A DNA stretch of 64,000 bases. It comes from a virus. Taxonomy: Duplodnaviria; Heunggongvirae; Uroviricota; Caudoviricetes. The notes under the pieces are model-generated. The model saw only the letters and a list, made by a program, of their open reading frames with translations. It did not search any database and was not told the DNA's origin. Both the position numbers and the translations under genes were made by a program. The DNA lies in the IMG/VR virus record IMGVR_UViG_3300028840_008157, one strand, 5' to 3'. The stretch's first letter is position 1, and each line of letters begins with the position of its first letter. Positions 62,765 to 64,000 of this stretch are shown in pieces.

Positions 62765-62836
62765 CCCGATTCGCGGTTACAAGGACGGAGACATTAACCC
62801 TTTGAATATACGAATAAGGGTTAGAGGGGCCATTTC

Positions 62837-64000
62837 TTGCGGATAACCGCCAACAGCAAGCAGGGCGTGATCGAAGCCTTCCTCGTGGCGCTGGCCAACG
62901 CCGTGGTATCCGCCCTCGTGCGGGAATTCGGCATGGCGGAGGAGTTCGCCAGGCAGGTCGCCAGCGCGGCCGAGGGAAGCATCAACGTCGCCCGATGGAT
63001 GGCCAAGAACGGCGTCAACGAGTCCAACCTCGGCGAGATGACGGAAATCCTGAAGGAGTTCAACTCTCTGAAGCCGCGCCTGAAAGCCCGTGGCGCGACG
63101 ACCGACCTGATGAGCCTGGATTATGAAGGCTTGTTCTCCTTGGTCGAGAGCGGGCGCGACATGCCTCCGACCATATCGGAGATAAGAAAAAACCTACCTC
63201 GTGAGATCATAGGCATCGTAACATACGGCTTGGGGATCGCTCAGCGCCTTAACCCGCAGGTCGACATGAACGTCGCCAAACCGCTCGCCTTCCAATGGGT
63301 TCATCATCTCTTCGACGAGGCAGTTCGGAGACCGTGGCCCGGTCCGGATGAATGGGCCATAGAAAGACTTACGGAAGACAAGCGGGAGATAGCGGACGCG
63401 ATGGGCGAGTACTTCGCGTACGTCATGGGCAAACCAAGGGCACGGAATATCCTGGACTTCGATACTCATCCATCGTTGGCTCATTACGTGGATGGCCTGA
63501 TGACGCCGGAGCAGAGGCGTCTAAAGTACAGCATCGACGAGCCGAAGACCGATGTTGGCATGGAGATCATTGCCCTTCCCGATGGCTACCGAGCCATTCG
63601 CGTTACGAAATGGAGCGAAAGGTTCCGAGACGAACTCTGCAAGAGCGCGAGATGGTGCATCAGAAGCCCCGAGATGTTCGAGTCTTACAACATCAGCGAA
63701 CATACCCCGCTTTACCTTCTCCTCGAAGGGAACAGGCAGGTCGGCCTCCTGTCCCTAGCGTTGGGCGAGTTCAAGGACGTGATGGACGCCCCGATCGGCG
63801 AATCGAAAATGCTGAAGGAGGACGAACTCGACAAGATTTTCGACGTCGTCGAGAGCCTAGCAGACGTCGAAGGCGTGGACATGCCAGCCGGCGGGGATTT
63901 CCTGCCGTGGATGATCACGCGAGGCAAGATTCCACCAAGGGCGTTGTTGGACATGAAAGAGGAACTGGAAGAGCTCAAGTCCTGGGGAAGGGAGGAGGGA
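62837..64000 (+). CDS. hypothetical protein with PcfJ-like WC motif, runs off the window edge
   Basis: TTG after GAGGGG; open to window end; LCKSARWCI...FESY...PLYLL; not in ORF track. Confidence 0.7.
   Translation, partial: MRITANSKQGVIEAFLVALANAVVSALVREFGMAEEFARQVASAAEGSINVARWMAKNGVNESNLGEMTEILKEFNSLKPRLKARGATTDLMSLDYEGLFSLVESGRDMPPTISEIRKNLPREIIGIVTYGLGIAQRLNPQVDMNVAKPLAFQWVHHLFDEAVRRPWPGPDEWAIERLTEDKREIADAMGEYFAYVMGKPRARNILDFDTHPSLAHYVDGLMTPEQRRLKYSIDEPKTDVGMEIIALPDGYRAIRVTKWSERFRDELCKSARWCIRSPEMFESYNISEHTPLYLLLEGNRQVGLLSLALGEFKDVMDAPIGESKMLKEDELDKIFDVVESLADVEGVDMPAGGDFLPWMITRGKIPPRALLDMKEELEELKSWGREEG

Noticed and set aside
1-64000. Genome-wide TAG reassignment (genetic code 15)
   Set aside because: TAG terminates many genes at sensible boundaries and the long structural genes have no internal TAG. 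Internal ambers were seen only beside the tRNA.

Overview
GC-rich fragment of a large (jumbo-type) tailed phage genome. About 15.5-57.7 kb is a head-morphogenesis region: terminase large subunit, many large uncharacterised proteins sharing short peptide motifs, an intein-containing portal with a C-terminal DUF559/Vsr-like nuclease domain, prohead protease/scaffold, decoration protein and an HK97-fold major capsid protein (MCP). Accessory genes flank it (exonucleases, RmlD-like, sulfotransferase, GT9-like, amidoligase, methyltransferase, dCMP deaminase). Two systems stand out. (1) An amber-suppression module at 5.9-7.2 kb that the ORF track misses. A promoter-driven tRNA with anticodon CUA is followed on the same strand by a gene with TAG at codon 3, an SD-led Met-Thr-amber minigene and a Pth2-type peptidyl-tRNA hydrolase with an in-frame TAG at codon 38, while TAG remains a normal stop elsewhere. 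(2) A MerR-fused, signal-less alpha-2-macroglobulin-like thioester protein whose bait region carries an 11-residue exact copy (ARVISRRGAVP) of a segment of the phage's own MCP, encoded by synonymously diverged codons. All family assignments are by motif recognition; no searches were run.
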